Positions 1-8,028 are shown, counted from the stretch's first letter. The stretch: DNA of 64,000 nucleotides from Candidatus Saccharimonadota bacterium (GCA_016187175.1 JACPKG010000002.1:12922-76921), one strand, 5' to 3'. Notes: generated from the letters alone by a model not told the origin. Made by a program: numbers and translations.

Positions 1-79
1 TTGCCACGAAGTTTTTGGCCAGTCCGCCGGCGTGCAGCGAAGTACGATCGGCCAACGAAACATTGTGCAAAACTTTCAT
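1..79 (-). CDS. murB: UDP-N-acetylenolpyruvoylglucosamine reductase (MurB-like), N-terminal fragment; the gene continues beyond the window start
   Basis: The reverse strand starts ATG at 79-77 and reads MKVLHNVSLADRTSLHAGGLAKNFVA, which is MurB N-terminus-like. Only 26 aa are visible. Confidence 0.35.
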   Translation of the reverse strand, partial: MKVLHNVSLADRTSLHAGGLAKNFVA

Positions 80-180
80 CCCGTTAGAGCTCCTACAGAT
101 GCAACCAAAACACCGACCCTTACTTGAGTGTTCATGTCTAACTTATACACAGGCAGTCAGTCCTTAGGAGCTCTAACGGG
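80..180. promoter_or_regulatory. 16-bp perfect inverted repeat (80-95 CCCGTTAGAGCTCCTA / 165-180 TAGGAGCTCTAACGGG) separated by 69 nt in the divergent murB / XRE-regulator intergenic region
   Basis: The repeat was read directly from the sequence. Its function is unknown (operator, small RNA or long hairpin). Confidence 0.3.
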
Positions 181-229
181 ATTCATCATAACCATTATAC
201 GGCCTTGCGCAGTGGTATAATGGAGGCAG

Positions 230-769
230 ATGGATAAACCGGCCTCTGGCACTCCGTATAAACCACTTGGGCAAAAGCTTAAAGAATTGCGCAGCCGCAC
301 CAACGAAAGTCTGGCCGAAGCGTCTGGCGCCGTAGAAATTGATGTGCGCCAGCTAGCTAGCTTTGAGTTGGGCCAATCACGGCCAACCGAAGACGTACTG
401 TTGCTTTTACTAAGCCACTTTAGCGTTAAAGACGACGAGGCTGTTAGAGTCTGGGAAATAGCGGGCTACAACTTGGCAAAAATTCCTGCAGCCTATGTCT
501 CCAACGATGCCGGAAAAGGCGACCAGTTGACCGCTTCGACCAATGACCACGTGCTGTTTACGGATATAGTTGATGTCATTGTTAACAATTACGGCGTAGT
601 CATGAATTTTATGCAAAACACCGGCTCAGCCCGCCAACCTACCATAGTAGCTAAAGTCGGCATGAGCCGCGAGCATGCCAAGAGCGTTCTGCAAATTCTG
701 CAGATGACCTTAAGCCATACCGAACATAACCGTCGCGCCATCAACGCTCCAGACAACCCGGGCGAATAA
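230..769 (+). CDS. XRE-family helix-turn-helix domain protein
   Basis: The N-terminal LGQKLKELRSRTNESLAEASGAVEIDVRQLASFELGQSRP fits an HTH_XRE pattern. The gene is 179 aa. Confidence 0.45.
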   Translation: MDKPASGTPYKPLGQKLKELRSRTNESLAEASGAVEIDVRQLASFELGQSRPTEDVLLLLLSHFSVKDDEAVRVWEIAGYNLAKIPAAYVSNDAGKGDQLTASTNDHVLFTDIVDVIVNNYGVVMNFMQNTGSARQPTIVAKVGMSREHAKSVLQILQMTLSHTEHNRRAINAPDNPGE

Positions 770-844
770 AATACTTGCGCCAGACAACTAGTCGGCGTAT
801 TATGCAGAAATAAATAACCATAAGCGATATAAAAAGGGACTTGT

Positions 845-3037
845 ATGGAGCGTTATAGTAAGACAAAACTAGCCATAAAAATGGGACTGGTTGCCTTACC
901 AATGGCCTTGGTGGGGATTTTAGTTTCTACGTTAGCAGTTTCTACTTATAAAGACTATAAGCCAGGCAGGATAGTATCGGCCGTAACTCAAAACGGCCTA
1001 ACGGCTATACTTGGCGAGTCAACCGACTATATGTCGCCTGGAATGTCTTATCCTTCGACTTGCCCGGCGCCATATACTGGCACACCGCCAAACTGCCAAG
1101 CTCCGGCTAGTTACACTTATCCGACAGATGGAACAGGTGGTAGTTCAACTACTACACAGCCACCGACCCAAACTTATACATCACCGACTTCAGGCACTTC
1201 CGGATCAACCACTCCAACTTCCGGATCAACCACCACCAACCCTCCCAGTTATTCTTATCCGTCATCGGGGTCGGGTAGCATATCCCAGCCAGCAGCCGGC
1301 AGCCCAACCACCAGTCCACCGACTACTAGTAGCGGTGAATCCGAAGCTTGTTGTCGGGCTCCAGGTGATCCAATCCAGGGATCAACAGGGTCAACGGGGT
1401 CGCAATCAAGTGGTTCAAATCAGGGTCAAAGCAGCGGCCAATACGTTCCACCACCTCCGACCTATAGTCGAAGTGACTCTGGAAGTTGCATGGAGAATAT
1501 GCTTGGCGCCGAAGCCTATGCCAAATTCCGCTCTGGTGGTTTCCAGCCCACCGCCGACCAAATCGCCAGAGCCTCTAGCTGCTTTAGCGCGCAGGTCAGT
1601 TATGGCTCTTCGTCTGGAAGTGGCCAAAGCGGTGGCGGGTCTGGCGGCCAGTCCAACAGCGGGCCTTCTGCACAATCAGGTTCCAGCCAGCAACCGGCCT
1701 ATGCTTCAATTGCCATAGCTCCCCCGCCGGCTTTCCAAGCCGATTCACCAATGGTCGCCTGCGCGAAGTCCATAGTGGGCGATCGTTACGGCAGCCAGCC
1801 ATCAGCCGAACAAATGGATCAGATTCGGTCTAAATGTTTTAACCAAGCCTCATCCGGACACCAAATTGGCTACATAGACCCTAGTGGTCAAGGTGGCAGA
1901 GACGGTTCTCTGCCGGGCGTTGCAATTAGCAGCGTAGGTCCTGGCGATAAAGCCGGCTCGCCTCCGTCCCTGCCGCCAGAAGTTAAAGCCTGTGTGATAA
2001 AAGCCGGCATGAGTGAGTCTACTATTGCCGCCATCCAGCGCGGCCAATCGCCGACCGCCGCGCAGCAGCAACAGGGCGAAAGCTGCTTTAACCAGTACGC
2101 TAAAGATAAGGGCTACACACCACCCATGCTGACGCCGCCCGATCCTACACAACCGTTTGACCCCAGCTCTAAACAGAACCAATGTGCCGATTTGGTAGCC
2201 CAAACCCACGGCATTAGGGTTAACCAGATAAACCCGGGCATTGTAGCAACTTGGAGCGCTGATGATATCAGTAAAATGCGATCGTGCTATGGCGTTTCAC
2301 CAACGACTTCGGCTGGTAATAATACAATGGCCTTTGCGCCGACTAGCCCCCAGGTTGCCGTAGCTAGCTCTAAGCTCAGCTGTATAGAACAAGCGGTCGG
2401 AGCCGATAAACTGGCTGCAGTGGTAGCCGGTACGGCGTCCATTAACGATAGCGATCGCCGAACAGTGTACGACAAGTGCATTAACCCGACCAAGATTGCC
2501 GCTAATGCCGATCCAGCCCTGCTGGGCATTCTGGCTGCCATGCCGCCATCGGATCTGGAAGGCCAGTTTATTCCTGTCGATGCACAAATCTTACCGGCGC
2601 CGACAGCCGCTGGTACTAGCCAAACTTCGGCTGACGCTGAAGTAGCTATCGGCGGTGAAGTTAATGTAGCCGCCGGTACGACTCTGCCGACAAAGATAGA
2701 CGTGTTTGTTAAATCTACCCCGCAAACCTTTACTGTTTCTCTGAAGAAAATTACTGCCACAAAAGCCACTTGGACAATCAACGTCGGCCAAAACAAACTG
2801 CCGCTTGGTAATCACAAGGCTTACGCTGTTGCGACTTTAGCCGATGCTACACAGACGCGCAGTCCAGATGCCAGCTTTGACATTACCGCCGCTAAAGCCA
2901 CAAAGAATAACGTTACGATAATTGTGGCTGCCGCCGCGGGCGCAGTAGCTCTTGTTTTGGGCGCCTGGATGGGCTGGCGTTGGCATCACAAACAACCTTT
3001 GCTGTCTTTTAGGCTTCCTTGGAGAAAACACGGCTAA
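845..3037 (+). CDS. large secreted/cell-surface protein, Ser/Thr/Pro/Gly-rich low-complexity, with N-terminal signal/TM and C-terminal TM anchor
   Basis: 730 aa. The N-terminus has a hydrophobic LVALPMALVGILVSTLAV segment, long PT/SG-rich tracts follow, and the C-terminus has IIVAAAAGAVALVLGAWMGW plus a basic tail. Confidence 0.6.
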   Translation: MERYSKTKLAIKMGLVALPMALVGILVSTLAVSTYKDYKPGRIVSAVTQNGLTAILGESTDYMSPGMSYPSTCPAPYTGTPPNCQAPASYTYPTDGTGGSSTTTQPPTQTYTSPTSGTSGSTTPTSGSTTTNPPSYSYPSSGSGSISQPAAGSPTTSPPTTSSGESEACCRAPGDPIQGSTGSTGSQSSGSNQGQSSGQYVPPPPTYSRSDSGSCMENMLGAEAYAKFRSGGFQPTADQIARASSCFSAQVSYGSSSGSGQSGGGSGGQSNSGPSAQSGSSQQPAYASIAIAPPPAFQADSPMVACAKSIVGDRYGSQPSAEQMDQIRSKCFNQASSGHQIGYIDPSGQGGRDGSLPGVAISSVGPGDKAGSPPSLPPEVKACVIKAGMSESTIAAIQRGQSPTAAQQQQGESCFNQYAKDKGYTPPMLTPPDPTQPFDPSSKQNQCADLVAQTHGIRVNQINPGIVATWSADDISKMRSCYGVSPTTSAGNNTMAFAPTSPQVAVASSKLSCIEQAVGADKLAAVVAGTASINDSDRRTVYDKCINPTKIAANADPALLGILAAMPPSDLEGQFIPVDAQILPAPTAAGTSQTSADAEVAIGGEVNVAAGTTLPTKIDVFVKSTPQTFTVSLKKITATKATWTINVGQNKLPLGNHKAYAVATLADATQTRSPDASFDITAAKATKNNVTIIVAAAAGAVALVLGAWMGWRWHHKQPLLSFRLPWRKHG

Positions 3038-3143
3038 TAGTAACGTCCAGCAACGATCATAGCACCGGACCAGGCAGTCAGCCATCCACGGTGGCCAAAG
3101 TTGGCATGAGCCGCGAACCCCCCCAAAAAACTGACCCAGTAGT

Positions 3144-3212
3144 GAGCCCGCTGGATAAAATGCCAGTCTCCGAAGCTGGAAGTTGCAGGTTCGAGTCCTG
3201 CCGGCCTCACCA
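3144..3212 (+). tRNA. atypical/pseudo tRNA-Arg(CCG)-like element
   Basis: It has a canonical anticodon arm (CCAGT-CTCCGAA-GCTGG, anticodon CCG), T-arm (GCAGG-TTCGAGT-CCTGC), 3' acceptor CGGCCTC, discriminator A and CCA. The 5' acceptor GAGCCCG has one mismatch and there is no proper D-stem. It is only 69 nt. Confidence 0.3.
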
Positions 3213-3277
3213 CTGTAATTGTATATTTTAGAACCCAGAGTATAATAGTAAGTACCAACTATTGAGGGTTTTGTTTT

Positions 3278-3946
3278 ATGAAGCTTGCTCTGAAAACTCA
3301 GGCTGTATCTTTACGAAAAAAGGGTAAGACTTATTCGGAAATTCGTACGGCGATTGATCATGTTTCAAAATCAACGCTCTCCAGGTGGTTAAAAGACGTA
3401 GCTCTTACCCCTGAGCAAGAGGCACAGATTAAAAATAAAATGATAACCCAAGGCCACGCCGGACGGCTAAAGGGCGTTTTGCGAAATAAGCAGAAAAGGA
3501 TAGAGCGTCTTGCTAAAATTAGTACACAGGCAAAAAAAGAATATCCAAAATTAATTAAAAATCCTCGATTTATGGCTGGTTTAATCCTGTACTTAGCAGA
3601 AGGTAATAAAAAACATGAAAGATTTGGGTTTATGAACTCCGATCGTTATTTGGTTGAAATAATGGTGCGTTGGGTCAAAGACTTTGGAAACATCGAAGTT
3701 GACGATATAAATTACAGATTGTACATCCATGATGTTTACGCTCATGAGAATTGCGAACAATTATGGTCAGATTTTCTGCAGCTGAACTCAGGCCAACTAT
3801 TCAAGACTGTTTACAAGCAAACACCGCATAAAATTAAAAAAAATCCACTATACAAAGGCTGTATGAGGATGGAAATCTCAGGTAGTGAGTTATATTGGAA
3901 GGTGATGACTTGGCAGCAATGTTTATACAAGTCACTAAAAATATAG
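3278..3946 (+). CDS. AT-rich gene for a protein with an N-terminal HTH (KSTLSRWLKD) and a LAGLIDADG-like homing-endonuclease-like core (GLILYLAEGNKKHERFGFMNSDRYLVEIMVRWVKDFGNIEV)
   Basis: 222 aa. The codon composition is visibly more AT-rich than its neighbours. The motif spacing resembles single-motif LAGLIDADG enzymes such as I-CreI (YLAGFVDGDGS...LVDEIGVGYV); the family assignment is tentative. Confidence 0.4.
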   Translation: MKLALKTQAVSLRKKGKTYSEIRTAIDHVSKSTLSRWLKDVALTPEQEAQIKNKMITQGHAGRLKGVLRNKQKRIERLAKISTQAKKEYPKLIKNPRFMAGLILYLAEGNKKHERFGFMNSDRYLVEIMVRWVKDFGNIEVDDINYRLYIHDVYAHENCEQLWSDFLQLNSGQLFKTVYKQTPHKIKKNPLYKGCMRMEISGSELYWKVMTWQQCLYKSLKI

Positions 3947-3950
3947 TTAA

Positions 3951-4025
3951 GCCTCCGTGGTGAAATGGATATCACGACAGTCTTCGGAACTGTTGTTGGG
4001 GGTTCGAATCCCTCCGGGGGCACCA
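3951..4025 (+). tRNA. tRNA-Arg (anticodon TCG), CCA encoded
   Basis: The cloverleaf was folded by hand: acceptor GCCTCCG/CGGGGGC (one G-U pair), D GTGA/TCAC, anticodon arm ACAGT-CTTCGGA-ACTGT, T GGGGG-TTCGAAT-CCCTC. It is 75 nt. Confidence 0.75.
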
Positions 4026-4063
4026 AGCTGCTGAGCCAGCATCGCGGACACCGGACCAAGATA

Positions 4064-4597
4064 TTAAAACCGGTAAGTTAAATTTTCGGTTATGATCATT
4101 TTAAGTGGTATGTCATGAGCTTCGCCGAATGAAGTTGTTTGCCGGCCGAATTCGTAACATAAACCGATAGTTAAGGCCCTTTTCTGGGTCTTTAGATACT
4201 CGTCATAAAAACCGCCGCCATAACCAATACGGTGTCCGTCTTTGTCAAAGCCTAAAAGCGGCACGATAATAAGATCAAACTGATAATTTTCCGGTACGGT
4301 TTTTTGGAAGCCGGCATCATCAAACCAGAAGCTTTTATAAATAGCGCTTTGTTGTTTCCAGGCGGCGGTTTTGACTTGGGGGTATCGGCGCCGGATAACA
4401 CCCAGCAGTAAGTTCGTGTCCGCCTCACGCTGCTGTTTTATCGGCAGATAGATATGCAAGCTACTTATCTTCGTCCAATCAACAATATCCAAAAGTTGAC
4501 TGGTCATATTTTGGCTAAGGCTTTTAACCTGGCTAGCACTTAACTCTAGCCGCTCTTTTTTTAACCTTTGCCGCAGATCCGCCTTGCTGTTTGCCAT
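4064..4597 (-). CDS. 5-formyltetrahydrofolate cyclo-ligase (MTHFS family)
   Basis: 177 aa. The GYGGGFYDEYL motif and the nucleotide-binding N-terminus are family-typical. Confidence 0.65.
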   Translation of the reverse strand: MANSKADLRQRLKKERLELSASQVKSLSQNMTSQLLDIVDWTKISSLHIYLPIKQQREADTNLLLGVIRRRYPQVKTAAWKQQSAIYKSFWFDDAGFQKTVPENYQFDLIIVPLLGFDKDGHRIGYGGGFYDEYLKTQKRALTIGLCYEFGRQTTSFGEAHDIPLKMIITENLTYRF

Positions 4598-4613
4598 GCT
4601 GGAATTGTAGCAT

Positions 4614-4690
4614 TGGAGGGCCCACTGGGACTCGAACCCAGGACACTCTGCTTAAGAGGCAGATGCTCTAACCAACTGAGCTATGGGCCC
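4614..4690 (-). tRNA. tRNA-Lys (anticodon CTT), CCA encoded
   Basis: The reverse complement GGGCCCATAGCTCAGTTGGTTAGAGCATCTGCCTCTTAAGCAGAGTGTCCTGGGTTCGAGTCCCAGTGGGCCCTCCA folds as a canonical cloverleaf. Confidence 0.85.
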
Positions 4691-4964
4691 GGAAAATAGC
4701 TTCCAAATATTAGCAAATTACCCCTGTTTTTGCAATTTAGTTCGTGATAAAATATAAGTAATGAATGACGGTCATCTGGAAGATTTGAAGCAGTTTATAG
4801 ACGGCCGCGTGGGCCAAGCAGAGCCCAGATTGAGGGAAGAATCGTTAGACGGTTTTCAAGGTGTCGGTGAAGCTATTGAGGCAACAAACCATCGCATTGA
4901 TCAGTTCGATACATCAAAACGCCCTGCGTAAACAAGCTGTTTTTAGTATAAAATAACCCAAGTA

Positions 4965-5765
4965 ATGAAACTACTTGACGGCAAGGAACTGGCTGGGTTT
5001 ATTAAGGAGCGGCAGGCTAAGGATGTCCGCCGGCTTAAGGCATCCAAAATTTTTCCGAAGCTGGCTATTGTCCAGGTCAAAGACGATCCGGTTATTAACA
5101 CCTACGTACGACTGAAAAAGAAATACGGGGCTGATATTGGTATTGGAGTAGAGCTGCATGCCCCAGAGCAAAAGGACGTGCCAAAATTACTTAACAGGTT
5201 AAGTAATGACAAGTCGGTGCATGGTATCATTGTCCAGCTGCCTCTGTCAGATCCTTCTCAGACTGACGAAATAGTCAACATGGTTGCGCCCGAAAAAGAC
5301 GTTGACGCCCTAGGCAAAAACGCCAGATTTGAGCCAGCAACACCAATGGCTATTCTATGGTTGTTGCACGGGTACAACATCGAACTAGCAGACAAGCACA
5401 TTTTACTCATCGGTCGCGGGAAATTAGTTGGCGCGCCACTGGAAAAAATTCTCAAAAGCTCCGGCTATAGTATTGAAGTTATTGACCGCGACGTTAAAAA
5501 TTTAGCCGAACATACCAAAAGAGCGGATATTATTATTACGGCCACCGGCAGCCCGGCCATTCTCTATCCGGCCATGATTAAGCGAGGGGCAGTGGTGGTT
5601 GACGCCGGCGTCGCTAGCGAAGAAGGTAAAACCGTTGGCGACCTGTCGCCGGAAGTGTATAAGCGTGACGATTTAACCGTGACGCCAGAAAAAGGTGGCG
5701 TCGGTCCGTTAACCGTCTGCGCCTTGTTTGAAAACGTCATCCGGGCCGCTAAAAGTGAGTGCTAA
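4965..5765 (+). CDS. folD: bifunctional methylenetetrahydrofolate dehydrogenase/cyclohydrolase
   Basis: 266 aa. The GKELAG...RLKKKYG...HGIIVQLPL...VGDLSPEV...GVGPLTV blocks are typical of FolD. Confidence 0.9.
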   Translation: MKLLDGKELAGFIKERQAKDVRRLKASKIFPKLAIVQVKDDPVINTYVRLKKKYGADIGIGVELHAPEQKDVPKLLNRLSNDKSVHGIIVQLPLSDPSQTDEIVNMVAPEKDVDALGKNARFEPATPMAILWLLHGYNIELADKHILLIGRGKLVGAPLEKILKSSGYSIEVIDRDVKNLAEHTKRADIIITATGSPAILYPAMIKRGAVVVDAGVASEEGKTVGDLSPEVYKRDDLTVTPEKGGVGPLTVCALFENVIRAAKSEC

Positions 5766-7127
5766 CACAGCTGTCTTGAACTGATCGCCGCGATCTTTGT
5801 AATCCTTGAACAACCCAAAACTGGAGCAGCCGGTAGAAAGAAGCACTACGTCGCCCGGTTTGGCCGAGGCGCGAGCGGCGCTAGCAATTTCTGGCATGGT
5901 TTTTAAGCCTAAAGTTACGTTTTTGTAGCCTTTGGCTGCTAGCATTTTAGCAATTTTTTCGCCGGTATAACCGATGGCTATTACTTGTCTGACTCGGCTT
6001 TTTACCACCTCGTCTACTAAGGGGTCAAAAGGCAGGCCCTTATCGTGGCCGCCCAGTATTATCACTTTTGGTTCAATGAAGGCCCGCATGGCCACGATGG
6101 CGGTTTGGGGGGTAGTCCCAAAGGAGTCGTCATAGTATTTGACACTGTCTAATTCCCGCACGAATTCCAGGCGGTGTTCCAGACCACTAAAGCTTGTTAA
6201 AACTTGACGGATCGCTTGGATTTTAGCCTGCAGTTGCACTTCAGGAACTGTAAACCAAACAGTGGTCACAGCGGCACAGACGTTTTCAAGGTTATGCTCG
6301 CCCAGAAGCTTTACGTCCCTGGTTTTTATAACTTCTATTTCCGGGTCGCCAACCACTATAATCCCCTCGTCTTTAGCGACGGCGCCCGGCTTGGCAAAGT
6401 AGGGGATCTTGACTCCGGGCGAGGCCCCAGCTATACGTTTGGATTGTTCGTTTTTAGCAAAATAAATGGCGATGTCATCAGTTTTTTGGTAGGCGAACAG
6501 ATTGGTTTTGGCCGCAATATACTCTTCTGTATTAGAGTGCCAATCTTGGTGTTCGTCGGTAATCATTAAGCTGACGGCAATATGGGGGCTATAGGGAAAT
6601 TTATAAAGCTGAAAGTTAGTTATCTCAAGCACCACCCAATCATCCTCCTGGACATCTCCCAGGACATCTAGAACGCTGGTGCCAATGTTGCCAGCTAGAT
6701 AGGCATTTTTACCAACGGCCTTTAACATCTCAAATATTAGGGTCGAGGTAGTACCCTTACCTTTAGTGCCGGTAATACCAACGAGGTTTTTAGTCTTTAC
6801 CCCTTGGAAGAAAATGTGCCAAACAGTTGTCGCCTTCTGCCAAAAGTCTTTATCCTGCCCAAATTTTTGCTCCAAGTTCTTTACAGAGGTGACAGAATAG
6901 ATAATCTTATCACAGTCTTCGATGCCGTTCAGATAGCTCAGGTCCGCGACGTTGCCAGTTACTCCTGGCGGCTTTTCCGCTTTCAGAAATTGGACCTTGA
7001 TTCTTTCCGATTCGGCAGGCAAGTCGTCCCTGGGGTGCTCGTTCACTATAAGATATTCGTGCTCCGGCCCAAAGTAGCGGTAGGCGCTTTGGCCCTCTAT
7101 ACCCCAACCAACAATCCCTATCCTCAT
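5709..7127 (-). CDS. murD: UDP-N-acetylmuramoylalanine--D-glutamate ligase
   Basis: 472 aa. It starts MRIGIVGWGIEGQSAY and has the Mur ligase P-loop GITGTKGKGTTS and a C-terminal Mur-ligase domain. Its 3' end overlaps the folD 3' end by about 57 nt, in convergent orientation. Confidence 0.85.
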   Translation of the reverse strand: MRIGIVGWGIEGQSAYRYFGPEHEYLIVNEHPRDDLPAESERIKVQFLKAEKPPGVTGNVADLSYLNGIEDCDKIIYSVTSVKNLEQKFGQDKDFWQKATTVWHIFFQGVKTKNLVGITGTKGKGTTSTLIFEMLKAVGKNAYLAGNIGTSVLDVLGDVQEDDWVVLEITNFQLYKFPYSPHIAVSLMITDEHQDWHSNTEEYIAAKTNLFAYQKTDDIAIYFAKNEQSKRIAGASPGVKIPYFAKPGAVAKDEGIIVVGDPEIEVIKTRDVKLLGEHNLENVCAAVTTVWFTVPEVQLQAKIQAIRQVLTSFSGLEHRLEFVRELDSVKYYDDSFGTTPQTAIVAMRAFIEPKVIILGGHDKGLPFDPLVDEVVKSRVRQVIAIGYTGEKIAKMLAAKGYKNVTLGLKTMPEIASAARASAKPGDVVLLSTGCSSFGLFKDYKDRGDQFKTAVLALTFSGPDDVFKQGADG

Positions 7128-7152
7128 CCCTTAATCATACCCCGATTTATTC

Positions 7153-7175
7153 TGTGATAGGTTAGACCTATCACA
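7153..7175. repeat. REP-like palindrome, family 1 (TGTGATAGGTTAGACCTATCACA), outer copy on the left side of the tnpA gene
   Basis: A perfect 10-bp arm hairpin was read directly from the sequence. Confidence 0.8.
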
Positions 7176-7232
7176 ACTACCACAAGCCTACCACGGGCTG
7201 TCGAGGGTTAAAGTTTTGGCCAGAAGCAACTC

Positions 7233-7255
7233 TGTGATAGGTTAGACCTATCACA
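7233..7255. repeat. REP-like palindrome, family 1, second left copy abutting/overlapping the tnpA start codon
   Basis: The sequence is identical to the 7153-7175 copy. Confidence 0.8.
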
Positions 7256-7878
7256 TGCCAAGCAGGAATATAGTTCGGGAGTTCGTTTCTGATAGCTATT
7301 ATCATATTTATAATCGTGGAGTAGAGAAACGAGTAATCTTTACTGATGAGCAAGATTACACGGTTTTCTTAGGTCTATTGAAGAAGTATCTGTCTGGTGA
7401 ACCGCCAGGCAAAGAAAACAGGCATCTTTTTAAGAGTTTTCAGGGCGAGCTCTCTCTTTTGGCTTATTGCTTAATGCCCAGCCATTTCCACCTACTTTTT
7501 TATCAATCATCAGAAAAAGCATTTGCGGAATTGATGTGTCGATTGTGCACTGGTTACGTTATGTACTTCAATAACCGGCACCATAGAATAGGCGGTCTCT
7601 TCCAGGGGCCATATCGGGCTTCTCGCATTGATGAAGATGGATATTTACATCACATATCAAGATATATACACCTGAACCCAGAAGATTATAAAAATTGGCC
7701 ATACTCAAGCCACTCAGTTTACACAGGAGTAAAAAAGACAGTGTGGGTAAACACAGAACTGATTTTGGGCTTATTTAACAATGACCCAAAAGAGTATCAG
7801 GAGTTTTTAGATGATTACGTAGACAGCAAAGCCGAGCTGGCGATTCTCAAACATCAGCTAGCTAATGACTTAGAGTGA
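7255..7878 (+). CDS. tnpA: IS200/IS605-family HUH (Y1) transposase, likely a REP-associated tyrosine transposase (RAYT-like)
   Basis: 207 aa. It has the HuH motif MPSHFHLLF and the catalytic-Tyr region YLHHISRYIHLNP. It is flanked by cognate palindromes on both sides. Confidence 0.8.
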   Translation: MPSRNIVREFVSDSYYHIYNRGVEKRVIFTDEQDYTVFLGLLKKYLSGEPPGKENRHLFKSFQGELSLLAYCLMPSHFHLLFYQSSEKAFAELMCRLCTGYVMYFNNRHHRIGGLFQGPYRASRIDEDGYLHHISRYIHLNPEDYKNWPYSSHSVYTGVKKTVWVNTELILGLFNNDPKEYQEFLDDYVDSKAELAILKHQLANDLE

Positions 7879-7885
7879 TCTTTTT

Positions 7886-7930
7886 GTGATAGTAGTTGTG
7901 ATAGGTCTAACCTATCACAACTACTATCAC
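7886..7930. repeat. compound nested palindrome (GTGATAGTAGTT-[TGTGATAGGTCTAACCTATCACA]-AACTACTATCAC) on the right side of tnpA
   Basis: The inner copy (7897-7919) is the family-1 REP in the opposite orientation to the two left copies (centre GGTCTAACC versus GGTTAGACC). Confidence 0.8.
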
Positions 7931-7977
7931 ACTCACACGGCTCTCCGTAAAAGGCTTGTGTTTATTTAAATTGAGGG

Positions 7978-8005
7978 TTGACGGGCTGGGCAAACGTAGT
8001 ATAAT
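7978..8005 (+). promoter_or_regulatory. sigma70-like promoter TTGACG-N16-TATAAT upstream of the 8029 ORF
   Basis: Both hexamers are visible in the sequence. Confidence 0.45.
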
Positions 8006-8028
8006 CTGCTTTTGGTTAAGGAAAAAAT

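Noticed and set aside
1011-2815. Multiple alternate-frame and antisense ORFs (1011-1718, 1415-1675, 1850-2209, 2287-2796 and others) inside the 845-3037 surface-protein gene
   Set aside because: They are fully nested in a long low-complexity GC-biased gene. Their Arg/Leu/Pro-rich nonsense composition is typical of frame artefacts. None has a start context.
3019-4059. ORFs 3019-3231, 3034-3258 (minus) and 3811-4059 (minus)
   Set aside because: They are translations across tRNA or tRNA-like sequence. Peptides such as GFEPPT and AGLEPAT are the usual signature of reading through a T-arm.
7148-7935. Possibility that the palindromes are CRISPR repeats
   Set aside because: The copies are palindromic, irregularly spaced and scattered over 45 kb, and appear inside genes. 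There are no uniform spacers and no cas genes.
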